Source: an uncultured Peptostreptococcaceae bacterium (GTDB taxonomy: Bacteria; Bacillota; Clostridia; Peptostreptococcales; Anaerovoracaceae). Taken from it: DNA of 64,000 nucleotides. Below the pieces are notes generated by a model, which saw only the letters and a list, made by a program, of their open reading frames with translations, was not told the origin of the DNA and did not search any database. The DNA lies in NCBI GenBank assembly GCA_910588185.1, contig CAJUQR010000004.1, positions 146,248 through 210,247 of the forward strand, given 5' to 3'. The position numbers were made by a program, and so were the translations under genes. Positions 46,694 through 56,082 of this stretch are shown in pieces; the first letter of the stretch is position 1, and every line of letters starts with the position of its first letter.

Positions 46694-48073
46694 ATGGAAA
46701 ACATAAATCTTAATAATATTAAAAACAAGAAAGTACTTGTAGTTGGCCTAGGTAAGTCAGGAATTGCGGCAGTTCAAGCTATGGTAAAGCTCGGAGCCAA
46801 TGTTACTGTACAGGATTCAAAGAATGTCAATGAGATAGATAGCCAGCTTGTGACATTTTTACAAGGCAAAGGCGTTGAATTTTGCCTTGGAGAGATACCT
46901 GAAAATGTGGATAAGTTTGATATGCTTATTTTAAGCCCAGGGGTAGATCCGGAGCTTCCTTTTGTTGATGTTGCTGCCAAATCGGGAGCAGAGATAATAG
47001 GAGAGCTGGAAATTGCTTTTCGTATAGCGAGAGGTCACTTTGTTGCCATAACTGGCACTAATGGAAAAACTACTACTACAACACTTACAGGTGAAATTTT
47101 CAAAAAGTCAGGTAAGAAGACTCATGTTGTAGGAAATATTGGAGTTGCAGTTATATCAAAGGCTCTTGACACGGTGGAAGAAGATTGGCTCATAACTGAA
47201 ACCAGCAGTTTTCAGCTACAGACTACAAAATATTTTAAGCCTGTGATTTCAGCTATCCTCAATTTGACGCCTGATCATCTTAATAGACATCACACTATGG
47301 AGAATTATGGACTTGCAAAGGGAAAAGTTTTTGAGAATCAAGATGAAAGTGGATATTGCATAATAAATGCAGATGATGAAGCTTGCTGTAAACTTGCTGA
47401 AAGCTGTAAAGCAAGAGTGGTTTATTTTTCATCGTCAAAAGAACTTGATAAAGGGGCTTTCTTAAAAGGTGACGATCTGGTAATAGTAAATGACAAAGGC
47501 GAAACTATAGAACTTGTAAATCGCAGAGATCTTAAGATAATAGGAAATCACAATGTGGAAAATGCCCTTGCTGCATCAGCAATATGCTATTATGCAGGTA
47601 TTGAGCCTTCTATAATAAGCAATGTTTTGAAATCTTTCTCAGGAGTAGAGCATAGAATAGAGTATTGCGGCAGTATGGAAGGTGTTAAATTTTATAATGA
47701 TTCTAAGGGAACTAATGTAGATGCCGCGTTGACAGCTATAAGAGCTATAGAAAAAAATATAATACTTATTGCAGGCGGTGATGGAAAATCACAAGATTTT
47801 AAGCCTCTTGCTTCAAATCTCAAAGGAAGCGTCAAGCATATGGTTCTTATAGGAAGGGATGGTCCGAAGATAGCTGAAGCAGCTGAAAAAGCAGGATTTA
47901 AAGATTATACTTATGGCTCGGATATGGGTGATTGTGTGAAAAAGGCTTTTGAAGTTGCTGAAGAGGGAGATACAGTCTTATTGTCACCGGCATGTGCAAG
48001 CTGGGATATGTATGACAATTTTGAACAGAGAGGTAATCATTTTAAAGAGATGGTTGCAAAATTGGGAGTATAG
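46694..48073 (+). CDS. murD: UDP-MurNAc-L-Ala:D-Glu ligase
   Basis: VVGLGKSG, ITGTNGKTTT. Confidence 0.9.
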   Translation: MENINLNNIKNKKVLVVGLGKSGIAAVQAMVKLGANVTVQDSKNVNEIDSQLVTFLQGKGVEFCLGEIPENVDKFDMLILSPGVDPELPFVDVAAKSGAEIIGELEIAFRIARGHFVAITGTNGKTTTTTLTGEIFKKSGKKTHVVGNIGVAVISKALDTVEEDWLITETSSFQLQTTKYFKPVISAILNLTPDHLNRHHTMENYGLAKGKVFENQDESGYCIINADDEACCKLAESCKARVVYFSSSKELDKGAFLKGDDLVIVNDKGETIELVNRRDLKIIGNHNVENALAASAICYYAGIEPSIISNVLKSFSGVEHRIEYCGSMEGVKFYNDSKGTNVDAALTAIRAIEKNIILIAGGDGKSQDFKPLASNLKGSVKHMVLIGRDGPKIAEAAEKAGFKDYTYGSDMGDCVKKAFEVAEEGDTVLLSPACASWDMYDNFEQRGNHFKEMVAKLGV

Positions 48074-48084
48074 GTATTTTATCT

Positions 48085-49245
48085 ATGAAAAAGCATAAAG
48101 TTAGCACAACTGAATCAGAAAGAATTACGACGGATGCAAAGCCTGTTAAAAAGGCAAGAACGGGAGATTTATCACTGGTGCTGCTTACTGTTATACTTGT
48201 AATGTTTGGTACAGTCATGATTTTTAGTGCCAGCTATTATAAGTCCATAAGCGATGTTGGAGATCCTTATGTTTATTTGAAACGTCAAGGAATGTGGGCG
48301 ATTACCGGATTTATAGGAATGTGGGTACTGTCAAAGATTGATTATCACATTTGGGGCAGACTGTTTAAGGTAATACCTATCGTATGTATAGGACTTCTGG
48401 GCTTGTTGTTTACACCTCTTGGAATAGAAGCGGGAGGTGCAATAAGATGGATAGGATTTGGTCCTATAACTATCATGCCGGGAGAAATAGCAAAGCTTGG
48501 GCTTATCATATTTGTAGCGGGATATTTTGATAAATATCCTAGGAGAGCATTTGATTTCTGGAAAGGCGTAGTACCTGTAGTTCTGCTTACAGGAATATAT
48601 GCGGGAATGATAATGCTGCAGCCTAATATGTCTACAGCATTTACAATTGTATTCATTGCAGGTGGAATGCTGCTTGTATCCGGAGCCAAATGGTCACACC
48701 TTGGGATTTTGGCAGGCGGAGCAGGAGTTGCAGGAGTTGCATTTATATTCACTGATCCTGATGGATATAGATTTGCTCGTTTTACCAGCTTCCTTGATCC
48801 ATTTGCAGATACTCTTGGAAGTGGATGGCAGGTTGTTCAGTCATTGCTTGCCATGGGTACAGGAGGACTTACGGGACTTGGACTTGGCAACAGTATTCAA
48901 AAAAATCTATATTTGCCAGAGCCTCAGAATGACTTTATTCTAGCCATAATAGGCGAGGAGCTTGGTTTCTTTGGTATATTGGGGCTTATAATAGTTTATA
49001 TGATTCTAATATGGAGAGGCTGCCATGTGGCCATGAATGCAGCAGATTATATGGGTATGATGATGGCATCAGGCATAACCATAATGATAGGTATACAGGT
49101 AGTTATCAATATCGCAGTAGTTACATCTTCGTTCCCGCCTACAGGAGTAATTCTTCCTCTTGTAAGTTACGGCGGAAATGCGTTGTTAATATTTATGGGT
49201 GCGATGGGAATATTAGTAAATATTTCAAAATCAGCGAAATTGTAG
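48085..49245 (+). CDS. ftsW: SEDS-family peptidoglycan polymerase FtsW/SpoVE
   Basis: Ten-TM SEDS layout with NDFI and PPTGV.LPLVSYGG motifs. Confidence 0.85.
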   Translation: MKKHKVSTTESERITTDAKPVKKARTGDLSLVLLTVILVMFGTVMIFSASYYKSISDVGDPYVYLKRQGMWAITGFIGMWVLSKIDYHIWGRLFKVIPIVCIGLLGLLFTPLGIEAGGAIRWIGFGPITIMPGEIAKLGLIIFVAGYFDKYPRRAFDFWKGVVPVVLLTGIYAGMIMLQPNMSTAFTIVFIAGGMLLVSGAKWSHLGILAGGAGVAGVAFIFTDPDGYRFARFTSFLDPFADTLGSGWQVVQSLLAMGTGGLTGLGLGNSIQKNLYLPEPQNDFILAIIGEELGFFGILGLIIVYMILIWRGCHVAMNAADYMGMMMASGITIMIGIQVVINIAVVTSSFPPTGVILPLVSYGGNALLIFMGAMGILVNISKSAKL

Positions 49246-49253
49246 GTGAAAAT

Positions 49254-50378
49254 ATGAGACTTATTGTTACAGGCGGCGGAACAGGCGGACATATATATCC
49301 GGCTTTGGCCATTGCAGACAAGTTCAAAGAGATGGATCCCGAGACTGAGATACTCTATATAGGAAATGTGGAAGGCATTGAGAAAGATGTAGTGCCTAAA
49401 AGCGGCTATCCTCTTAAATTAGTAGACGCAAGATGGCTTGACCATGTTACTCCTAAACAAGTTGTATGGACGGGAGCGAGAGTAACCCATGGAATTGGGC
49501 AGTCATTAAAAGTACTTAGACAGTTTAAGCCGGATGCAATAATAGGAACAGGAGGGTATGTATGTTTTCCTGTTTTACTTGCATCAAGATTTATAAAGTG
49601 CAGGAAGTATCTTCATGAGCAGAATGCTTATCCCGGCCTAGCAAACAGGACTCTTGAAAAGTATGTAGACAACATATTTTTGGGATTTGCAGATGCAGGT
49701 CAATATTTTAAATATCCTGATAAACATATAGAAGCGGGAAACCCTGTAAGAAAAAGCTTTTTCACTATGAGCAAACGTGAGGCCAGGGAAAGACTTGGCA
49801 TACCTCAGGACGACTTTGTGGTATTTACGTTTGGTGGCAGTTTAGGAGCTGCCAAAATTAACGGAGTTGCATGTGAATTGCTGGAACTTTTTAACGGACA
49901 TCCAGGTGTCAGCATGATCATGGGAACAGGCAAGCTTTACTATGATGAGATTATGAAAGACATAAAATCACGCAGTATAAATGTTAAAGAGAATATACGA
50001 ATCAAAGATTATATAGATAATATGGATCTTCATCTAATGGCATGTGACCTTGTTATAAGCCGTGCAGGAGCCTTGTCTGTAGCAGAAACCACCGTATGCG
50101 GAAAGGCGGCGATACTGGTTCCTTCTCCTAATGTAACAGGTAATCATCAATATTATAACGCTAAAGCTGTTGCTGATAGAGGAGGTGCGCTTCTCATTGA
50201 AGAAAAAGATCTTGTAATCGAGGATGTGGTGCAAGATGTTCTTTCTCTCAGAAATAATCCTGACAAACTTAAGGGAATGTCAAAAGCCAGCAGAGAAAGT
50301 GCCCCTGACAAAGCTCTTGATATAATATACAATAAAGTTTATTCTAACTATATTGCTGATCGTAATAAGAAAAAATAG
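49254..50378 (+). CDS. murG: UDP-GlcNAc:lipid I GlcNAc transferase
   Basis: MRLIVTGGGTGGHIYPALA. The listed ORF start 49011 overlaps ftsW and is rejected. ATG 49254 follows AGGTGA. Confidence 0.9.
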   Translation: MRLIVTGGGTGGHIYPALAIADKFKEMDPETEILYIGNVEGIEKDVVPKSGYPLKLVDARWLDHVTPKQVVWTGARVTHGIGQSLKVLRQFKPDAIIGTGGYVCFPVLLASRFIKCRKYLHEQNAYPGLANRTLEKYVDNIFLGFADAGQYFKYPDKHIEAGNPVRKSFFTMSKREARERLGIPQDDFVVFTFGGSLGAAKINGVACELLELFNGHPGVSMIMGTGKLYYDEIMKDIKSRSINVKENIRIKDYIDNMDLHLMACDLVISRAGALSVAETTVCGKAAILVPSPNVTGNHQYYNAKAVADRGGALLIEEKDLVIEDVVQDVLSLRNNPDKLKGMSKASRESAPDKALDIIYNKVYSNYIADRNKKK

Positions 50379-50408
50379 GGTAGGTTCTGGTTTTAACTTG
50401 AGAATTTT

Positions 50409-50435
50409 GCAGAGACAGAAAGTCTCTGCTTTTTT
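50409..50435 (+). terminator. Rho-independent terminator after murG
   Basis: Stem GCAGAGAC/GTCTCTGC followed by T6. Confidence 0.8.
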
Positions 50436-50458
50436 ATTGGATCGAAGCGAATTCTTTT

Positions 50459-50710
50459 AAAACCCTGGGGAATTGAGATTTTTAAGCAATTCGCAGGGTT
50501 AGACCCCGAAAAATGTGGTCAAATAACATATCTTGCAGGGTTAGATATTTAAAAATCTTTTAAGATATGTGCCGTATGAGTCATATGACAGGTGAAAAAG
50601 ACGATTTGACCGGATTTCTTACCCTGCAAATTTAAAGAAAAAGCAAAGCTTTTCGGGGTCAACCCCTGGGCAATACTAGAAAAAAGATAAAATTTCGGGG
50701 GGGGGGTTGG
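50459..50710 (+). repeat. Complex palindromic intergenic repeat, copy 2 (about 252 bp) with a G10 tract
   Basis: Same conserved blocks and spacing as 15607-15852. The G-run is at 50697-50706. Confidence 0.75.
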
Positions 50711-50886
50711 CCTGCTTCCCTGTAAAATAAAATGTACTATAAATAATTAGAGTGGTGTCTTATAAAGACATTAATTTTTTAGATAAAATCAGTAGGTAAA
50801 TGCACGGTAAAAAGGGACTTGATGTAAGGTTACCTAAAACACTCCTAAGGCATACTATGAAAATAGAAAATTGGGAGGTGTTTTTG

Positions 50887-52164
50887 TTGGAAAGCTATGA
50901 AATTGAAGGAGGCATTCCTCTGCGAGGAGAGTATAGAGTCAAAGGAGCTAAAAATTCAGCTCTTCCTATATTAGCGGCAACAGTATGCAGAGGAGCAGTT
51001 TATGAAATATATGACTGTCCTAGAATAGGTGATGTTTTTGCAATGGAAGAAATATTACATTCTATGGGTGCAAAAACCAGGTGGGAGAAAGATTGCATAG
51101 TTGTGGACAGCAGAGGCATAACGAAGACATCTGTTCCCAAAGAATTGATGGCAGAAATGCGTTCATCTGTATTTTTGATGGGTAGCTTGCTTGCAAGGAG
51201 CGGTGAAGCTGTAATATATAGACCTGGTGGATGCAATATAGGCAAGCGTCCCATAGATATACATATATCAGGACTTGAACAGTTAGGCTTTGAGGTAACT
51301 GTAAAAGATGAAGAGGTCAGCTGCAAAGGTTCATGTCAAGGCGGCAAGGTGACACTTCCGTATCCAAGCGTTGGGGCAACTGAGAATCTTATGATGGCAG
51401 CTTTAGCAGGCAAGGGAGATACTATAATTGAAAACTGTGCCGTTGAACCTGAAATAGAGGATTTACAAGGATTTTTGCGAACATGTGGATTTCAGGTGTA
51501 TGGTGCAGGAACAGATACCATATTTATAAAGGGCGCTAGGGGAACACAGCTTTGCGAAAGGCCAGGTGAAATAATGTATTTTATCCTGGAGGACAGAATT
51601 GAAGCGGCTACTTATATGGCAGCGGTTTTGGGAACAGGAGGCCGTGCTGTTTTTAGGAATATAAGGGCGGAATATATTTCTGAGATTTTAAAATGCTTCG
51701 AACGTATGGGAGCGATAGTACGCACTTATGAGAGTACCATAGAGATTTGGTCACGTACCGGTCTTAAGAGTCCGGGAATGATTATTACCCAGCCTTATCC
51801 GGGATTCCCTACTGATTTTCAGCCTCAGTTGCTTACATTGTCTACGGTGGCAAAGGGACTTACGACTATAAGAGAAGAAGTTTTTGAAAGTCGATTTACC
51901 CATAAAAATGATTTGCTTAATATGGGTGCAGATATTGAAATTTGCGGAAAAAATGCTATAATAAAAGGCGTGAGCCATCTGCATGGCAAAGAAGTAAGGG
52001 CAAGAGATTTAAGAGGAGGAGCCGCTTTAGTTTTGGCAGGGCTCATTGCAGAGGGAAAAACTGTTGTAAATGATACATATCATATACAAAGAGGCTATGA
52101 AGACTTCGAAAAAGGGATAAAAGAATTAGGTGGCATGATTGAAAAAAAGAGAGAAGAGAGATAA
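50887..52164 (+). CDS. murA: UDP-GlcNAc 1-carboxyvinyltransferase
   Basis: IEGGIPLRGEYRVKGAKNSALPIL and the catalytic loop RPGGCNIGKRPID. The likely start is TTG 50887 (or 50884) after GGAGG. ATG 50857 is possible. The listed start 50800 is unlikely. Confidence 0.85.
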   Translation: MESYEIEGGIPLRGEYRVKGAKNSALPILAATVCRGAVYEIYDCPRIGDVFAMEEILHSMGAKTRWEKDCIVVDSRGITKTSVPKELMAEMRSSVFLMGSLLARSGEAVIYRPGGCNIGKRPIDIHISGLEQLGFEVTVKDEEVSCKGSCQGGKVTLPYPSVGATENLMMAALAGKGDTIIENCAVEPEIEDLQGFLRTCGFQVYGAGTDTIFIKGARGTQLCERPGEIMYFILEDRIEAATYMAAVLGTGGRAVFRNIRAEYISEILKCFERMGAIVRTYESTIEIWSRTGLKSPGMIITQPYPGFPTDFQPQLLTLSTVAKGLTTIREEVFESRFTHKNDLLNMGADIEICGKNAIIKGVSHLHGKEVRARDLRGGAALVLAGLIAEGKTVVNDTYHIQRGYEDFEKGIKELGGMIEKKREER

Positions 52165-52894
52165 AAAGAGAAAAAAGAGAAAAGTTAGTTTATTGGTAAA
52201 GTTACTGCTGACTGCGGCAATTTGTACGGGCGTTTACTTTTTTGCATCTTCGTCGTTTTTTAATGTAACTTCTTTTGAAGTTAGCGGGAACTCTTATTAC
52301 TCTGAGGACGAAATTCTTACGATGGGTAACTGTAAGACAGGCGGCAATATATTTTGGGGCAGCGGATGTAAGGAGATAAAGTCCAGGCTGGAAAAAGATG
52401 CTTATATGGAGAAAGTAAAGGTTAAGCGTATTCTGCCAGATAAAATTAAAATTGAGTTAACAGAGAGGAGGCAGACCGCTGCAGTAGTATATGGGGATCA
52501 TTATGCGATAATAGATAATAATAGCCGTGTTCTCAGAAAAAGCAGTGTTGAACCTAAGATACCTTTGGTTCAAGGCCTTACCATAAGTAAGCTTGAGGTT
52601 GGTCAAACCATTGAAATAGAAGAAAAAGTGAAGTTTAGACAGGTTATGGAAATATTGAAAACCATGGAGCAGTATGATATGTATTTTAAGAAAATAGTCA
52701 TTTCTGAGTCCGATGTGAAAGCTTATATATTCGATTATCTTGTCTGTCAAGGGGCTCCGGCAGATATAATGGAGGCTATGGAAAATGAGGAATTGCAAAA
52801 AGTTATAAGGGAACTTTTTGAGATGAAAATAGAAAGAGGAACCATTAAAGTAAGTGGCGAGAGTTACATTTCTTTCAGCCCTGAAATAGCTTGA
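52139..52894 (+). CDS. ftsQ: Cell division protein FtsQ/DivIB (basic N-terminus, one TM, POTRA)
   Basis: Position and architecture. TTG start overlaps the murA 3' end. Confidence 0.7.
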   Translation: MKKREKRDKKRKKRKVSLLVKLLLTAAICTGVYFFASSSFFNVTSFEVSGNSYYSEDEILTMGNCKTGGNIFWGSGCKEIKSRLEKDAYMEKVKVKRILPDKIKIELTERRQTAAVVYGDHYAIIDNNSRVLRKSSVEPKIPLVQGLTISKLEVGQTIEIEEKVKFRQVMEILKTMEQYDMYFKKIVISESDVKAYIFDYLVCQGAPADIMEAMENEELQKVIRELFEMKIERGTIKVSGESYISFSPEIA

Positions 52895-52992
52895 AAAAAG
52901 CAGAAAAAATGCTTAAAAAAAGGTGCATTATCGATGAATGTATGGTACAATAGAGAAGATAATTGGTAAATACTTAGGAGGTTGGATTTACG

Positions 52993-54162
52993 ATGCTGCA
53001 AATTGAGACAGATATGGAAAAAGCTGCGGTTATTAAAGTCATAGGTGTTGGCGGTGGTGGCTGCAATGCGGTTAACCGCATGGTTGAAGCCGGACTTAAG
53101 GGCGTTGACTTTATAGCAGTTAATACAGATAGACAAGCTTTAAGCAGATGCTTGGCAGAAACAAAGATTCAGATAGGTGAAAAGCTTACAAGAGGTTTAG
53201 GGGCAGGAGCTAACCCTGAAGTGGGTCAAAAAGCTGCTGAAGAAACATTGGACGATATCACCGCTCTTATGGACGGTGCTGATATGATATTTATTACTGC
53301 AGGAATGGGAGGAGGCACTGGAACAGGTGCAGCGCCTATAATTGCCAAGGCAGCCAGAGACATGGGGATTCTGACTGTAGGAGTTGTTACTAAGCCGTTT
53401 TCTTTTGAAGGGGCTAAGAGAAAGAAACAGGCTGAACTGGGAATAGGATTTCTCAAGAGATATGTGGATTCTCTTGTAATAGTTCCTAATGACAAGTTAC
53501 TTACAAATTGTGAAAGGAATACATCAATGCTGGATGCTTTCCGTATGGCGGATGATGTTTTGAGACAAGGTGTTCAGGGTATATCAGATCTTATTTCTGA
53601 TTTTGCACTTATCAACGTTGACTTTGCTGATGTTAAGTCAGTTATGACTGATAGAGGTGTGGCACATATGGGTACAGGCTATGGCACAGGAGAGAAACGT
53701 GCTCAGGATGCTGTAAAGGCGGCTATGGAAAGTCCGCTTTTAGAAACAAGCATTGCAGGCGCCAAGGCTATACTTCTTTATGTTTCCGGCGGATATGACC
53801 TTGGTATGCTTGAAGTCAGCGAGATAGCAGGAATGGTTGAGGAACAGGCGGATAGAGATTGTATTTTGATATTTGGTGCAGCAGTTAACGAAGACATGGA
53901 AGATGAAATAGCAATTACCGTAATTGCAACAGGATTTGATGAAGGTCTTGAAACAGCTGCGCAGTCAAAGGAAAACATGCAAGGCTTATCAGGAACAGCA
54001 GAAAGACAGGAAAATGCACCGGCAAATATTCAAAATGACGACGAGCTGGTTTTTGGAAGAGTTGAGGGATTAAGCGGTACAGAGCGTACCTTACAAGACA
54101 TTCTTAGCAATGAACAAGAAGGTACTACAAAGTTCGAGATTCCGGATTTTCTTAAACAATAA
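52993..54162 (+). CDS. ftsZ: Cell division GTPase FtsZ
   Basis: [23 protein letters not shown] tubulin signature, and a C-terminal peptide IPDFLK. Confidence 0.95.
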   Translation: MLQIETDMEKAAVIKVIGVGGGGCNAVNRMVEAGLKGVDFIAVNTDRQALSRCLAETKIQIGEKLTRGLGAGANPEVGQKAAEETLDDITALMDGADMIFITAGMGGGTGTGAAPIIAKAARDMGILTVGVVTKPFSFEGAKRKKQAELGIGFLKRYVDSLVIVPNDKLLTNCERNTSMLDAFRMADDVLRQGVQGISDLISDFALINVDFADVKSVMTDRGVAHMGTGYGTGEKRAQDAVKAAMESPLLETSIAGAKAILLYVSGGYDLGMLEVSEIAGMVEEQADRDCILIFGAAVNEDMEDEIAITVIATGFDEGLETAAQSKENMQGLSGTAERQENAPANIQNDDELVFGRVEGLSGTERTLQDILSNEQEGTTKFEIPDFLKQ

Positions 54163-54167
54163 TATTT

Positions 54168-54190
54168 GAGCCGGTTTAAAACCGGCTCTT
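54168..54190 (+). terminator. Terminator hairpin after ftsZ
   Basis: GAGCCGGT/ACCGGCTC stem with a short T-tail. Confidence 0.5.
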
Positions 54191-54224
54191 GTGATAAATA
54201 ATAAGTTGATATTTTATATTGGTT

Positions 54225-55007
54225 ATGAGAGAGATTACTTCAAAAAATAATCAGATTTATAGGCTTTTTCAAAAGCTTACTGTTAAAAAATATAGAGATA
54301 GGTTTGGACTTTATCTGATTGAAGGAGAGAATCTGATCGAGGAAGCATTAAAAAACAAAATTGATGTTGAGCATATATTGGTCAGGTCGGGAGAAGAACA
54401 AATAATTCAGCCTTATATGAATTTGGATAAAGTCTTTATCACAGACAAAAAACTGTTTGCTGATATTGCGCAGACAAAGACGAGTCAAGGAATTGTTGCA
54501 TCAGTGAGAAAACCGGAGCTTTCCCTGGAGGATTTTCTTAAACGTAAATCATCGGGGAATTTTGTCGTTTTAGATAGACTGCAGGATCCGGGTAATATAG
54601 GGACGATAATAAGGACTGCTGATGCTGCCGGATATAGTCTTGTTATAGCTATGAAAGGGACCGGCGATGTATTTTCTCCTAAGGTGGCAAGAGCGGCGGC
54701 AGGTTCGCTTTTTAGAATGCCGATAGTGACGGCAGATTCACCAAAAGAGCTGGCTAGGCTTGTAAAAGATGCAGGTAAAAAACTGGCAGCTTCGTGCCTT
54801 GATGGGAATACATTTTATTATGAAGAAGATTTAAAAAGCAATATCGCGTTAATCGTTGGCAATGAGGGCAACGGCATATGTGATGAGCTTATAAGCGCAG
54901 CGGATTTAAAGATTAAGATTCCAATGTGCGGTAATATAGAATCGCTAAATGCATCTGTAGCGGCAGCTATAATTATGTACGAAGCAGTGAGAAAAGATAA
55001 AGATTGA
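54225..55007 (+). CDS. TrmH/SpoU-family RNA 2'-O-methyltransferase
   Basis: Motifs LDRLQDPGNIGTIIRTA, VGNEGNGI and IPMCGNIESLNASVAAAI. Start taken at ATG 54225. Confidence 0.8.
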   Translation: MREITSKNNQIYRLFQKLTVKKYRDRFGLYLIEGENLIEEALKNKIDVEHILVRSGEEQIIQPYMNLDKVFITDKKLFADIAQTKTSQGIVASVRKPELSLEDFLKRKSSGNFVVLDRLQDPGNIGTIIRTADAAGYSLVIAMKGTGDVFSPKVARAAAGSLFRMPIVTADSPKELARLVKDAGKKLAASCLDGNTFYYEEDLKSNIALIVGNEGNGICDELISAADLKIKIPMCGNIESLNASVAAAIIMYEAVRKDKD

Positions 55008-55045
55008 TAAGATAATAAATTATTATAGTAGCGAGAGGTTAAAAA

Positions 55046-56068
55046 ATGCAGGAAAGATTAAAGACTATTTTAGAAGAATCCAAGAAGCAGCTTGGAAATG
55101 CAGTGTCGTTGCAAGACACAGAAGAGACCAGAATTAAAGTTTTGGGTAAAAAAGGTCAGCTGACCGAGATTCTTAGATCTATGGGAAGCCTTACACCTGA
55201 AGAAAGAAAAGAACTGGGACAGGCGGCAAATCAGGTCAGAGCTGAGATAGAAAAAATGCTGGCTGATACGGTTTCACAAATTAAGGAAAAGGCAAAGGAT
55301 GCCAAGTTTAGAGCGGAAGCTATTGACGTTACTGAACCCGGCAAATTTAATAAGCTTGGAACAAAGCACCCTATAACCATAACCATGGAAGAAATAGCAA
55401 AAGTCTTTAAATCTATGGGATTTTCACTTGCAGAAGGTCCCGAAGTAGAAACGGTATTTAATAACTTTGATGCTCTTAATGCAGGACCATATCATCCTTC
55501 AAGGGATTTATCAGATACATTCTATATTAATGATAATGTACTTTTGAGGACACAGACTTCATCAGTGCAGGTGAGAACTCTGCTGAGTCAAAAACCTCCT
55601 ATAAAGGTATTTGCACCTGGAAGATGTTTCAGATGTGATACGCCTGATGCTACCCATTCGCCTATGTTCCACCAAGTAGAGGGCCTTGTAGTAGATGAGG
55701 GAATAACCATGGCAGACCTTAAGGGAGTACTTGATAGTTTTGCTAAACAGATGTTTGGATCGAATACGAGAACTAAGTTCAGACCTCACCATTTCCCATT
55801 TACAGAGCCGTCGGCAGAGATGGATGTATCCTGCTTTAAGTGCGGAGGCAAGGGATGCAGAGTTTGTAAGGGAAGCGGATGGATAGAAATTTTAGGCTGC
55901 GGCATGGTACATCCTAACGTACTTAAAGTAGGCGGCATAGATACAGAAAAATATACCGGCTTTGCTTTTGGTATGGGAGTAGAAAGAATCGCAATGCTTA
56001 AATACGGAATTGATGATATCAGGCTGCTTTATGAAAACGACATGCGTTTCATAGAGCAATTCAAGTAG
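55046..56068 (+). CDS. pheS: Phenylalanine-tRNA ligase alpha subunit
   Basis: HP......FY...LLRTQTS and class II motifs FRPHHFPFTEPS / GFAFGMGVERI. Confidence 0.95.
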   Translation: MQERLKTILEESKKQLGNAVSLQDTEETRIKVLGKKGQLTEILRSMGSLTPEERKELGQAANQVRAEIEKMLADTVSQIKEKAKDAKFRAEAIDVTEPGKFNKLGTKHPITITMEEIAKVFKSMGFSLAEGPEVETVFNNFDALNAGPYHPSRDLSDTFYINDNVLLRTQTSSVQVRTLLSQKPPIKVFAPGRCFRCDTPDATHSPMFHQVEGLVVDEGITMADLKGVLDSFAKQMFGSNTRTKFRPHHFPFTEPSAEMDVSCFKCGGKGCRVCKGSGWIEILGCGMVHPNVLKVGGIDTEKYTGFAFGMGVERIAMLKYGIDDIRLLYENDMRFIEQFK

Positions 56069-56082
56069 GAGGTACCAAAATT

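Noticed and set aside
49011-49253. An 81-codon N-terminal extension of murG in the ORF track.
   Set aside because: It overlaps the 3' end of ftsW in another frame. MurG homology begins at MRLIVTGGGTGGH (ATG 49254), which has its own RBS.
50800-50886. An N-terminal extension of murA from ATG 50800.
   Set aside because: MurA homology starts at ESYEIEGG. A GGAGG box sits right before the TTG at 50884/50887, and the upstream part lies in the promoter and repeat region.
54163-55045. An expected T-box leader upstream of pheS (also checked upstream of argS).
   Set aside because: The intergenic gaps are only 38 nt before pheS and 56 nt before the methyltransferase gene. argS overlaps the preceding gene. 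There is no room for a T-box and no T-box consensus is seen.
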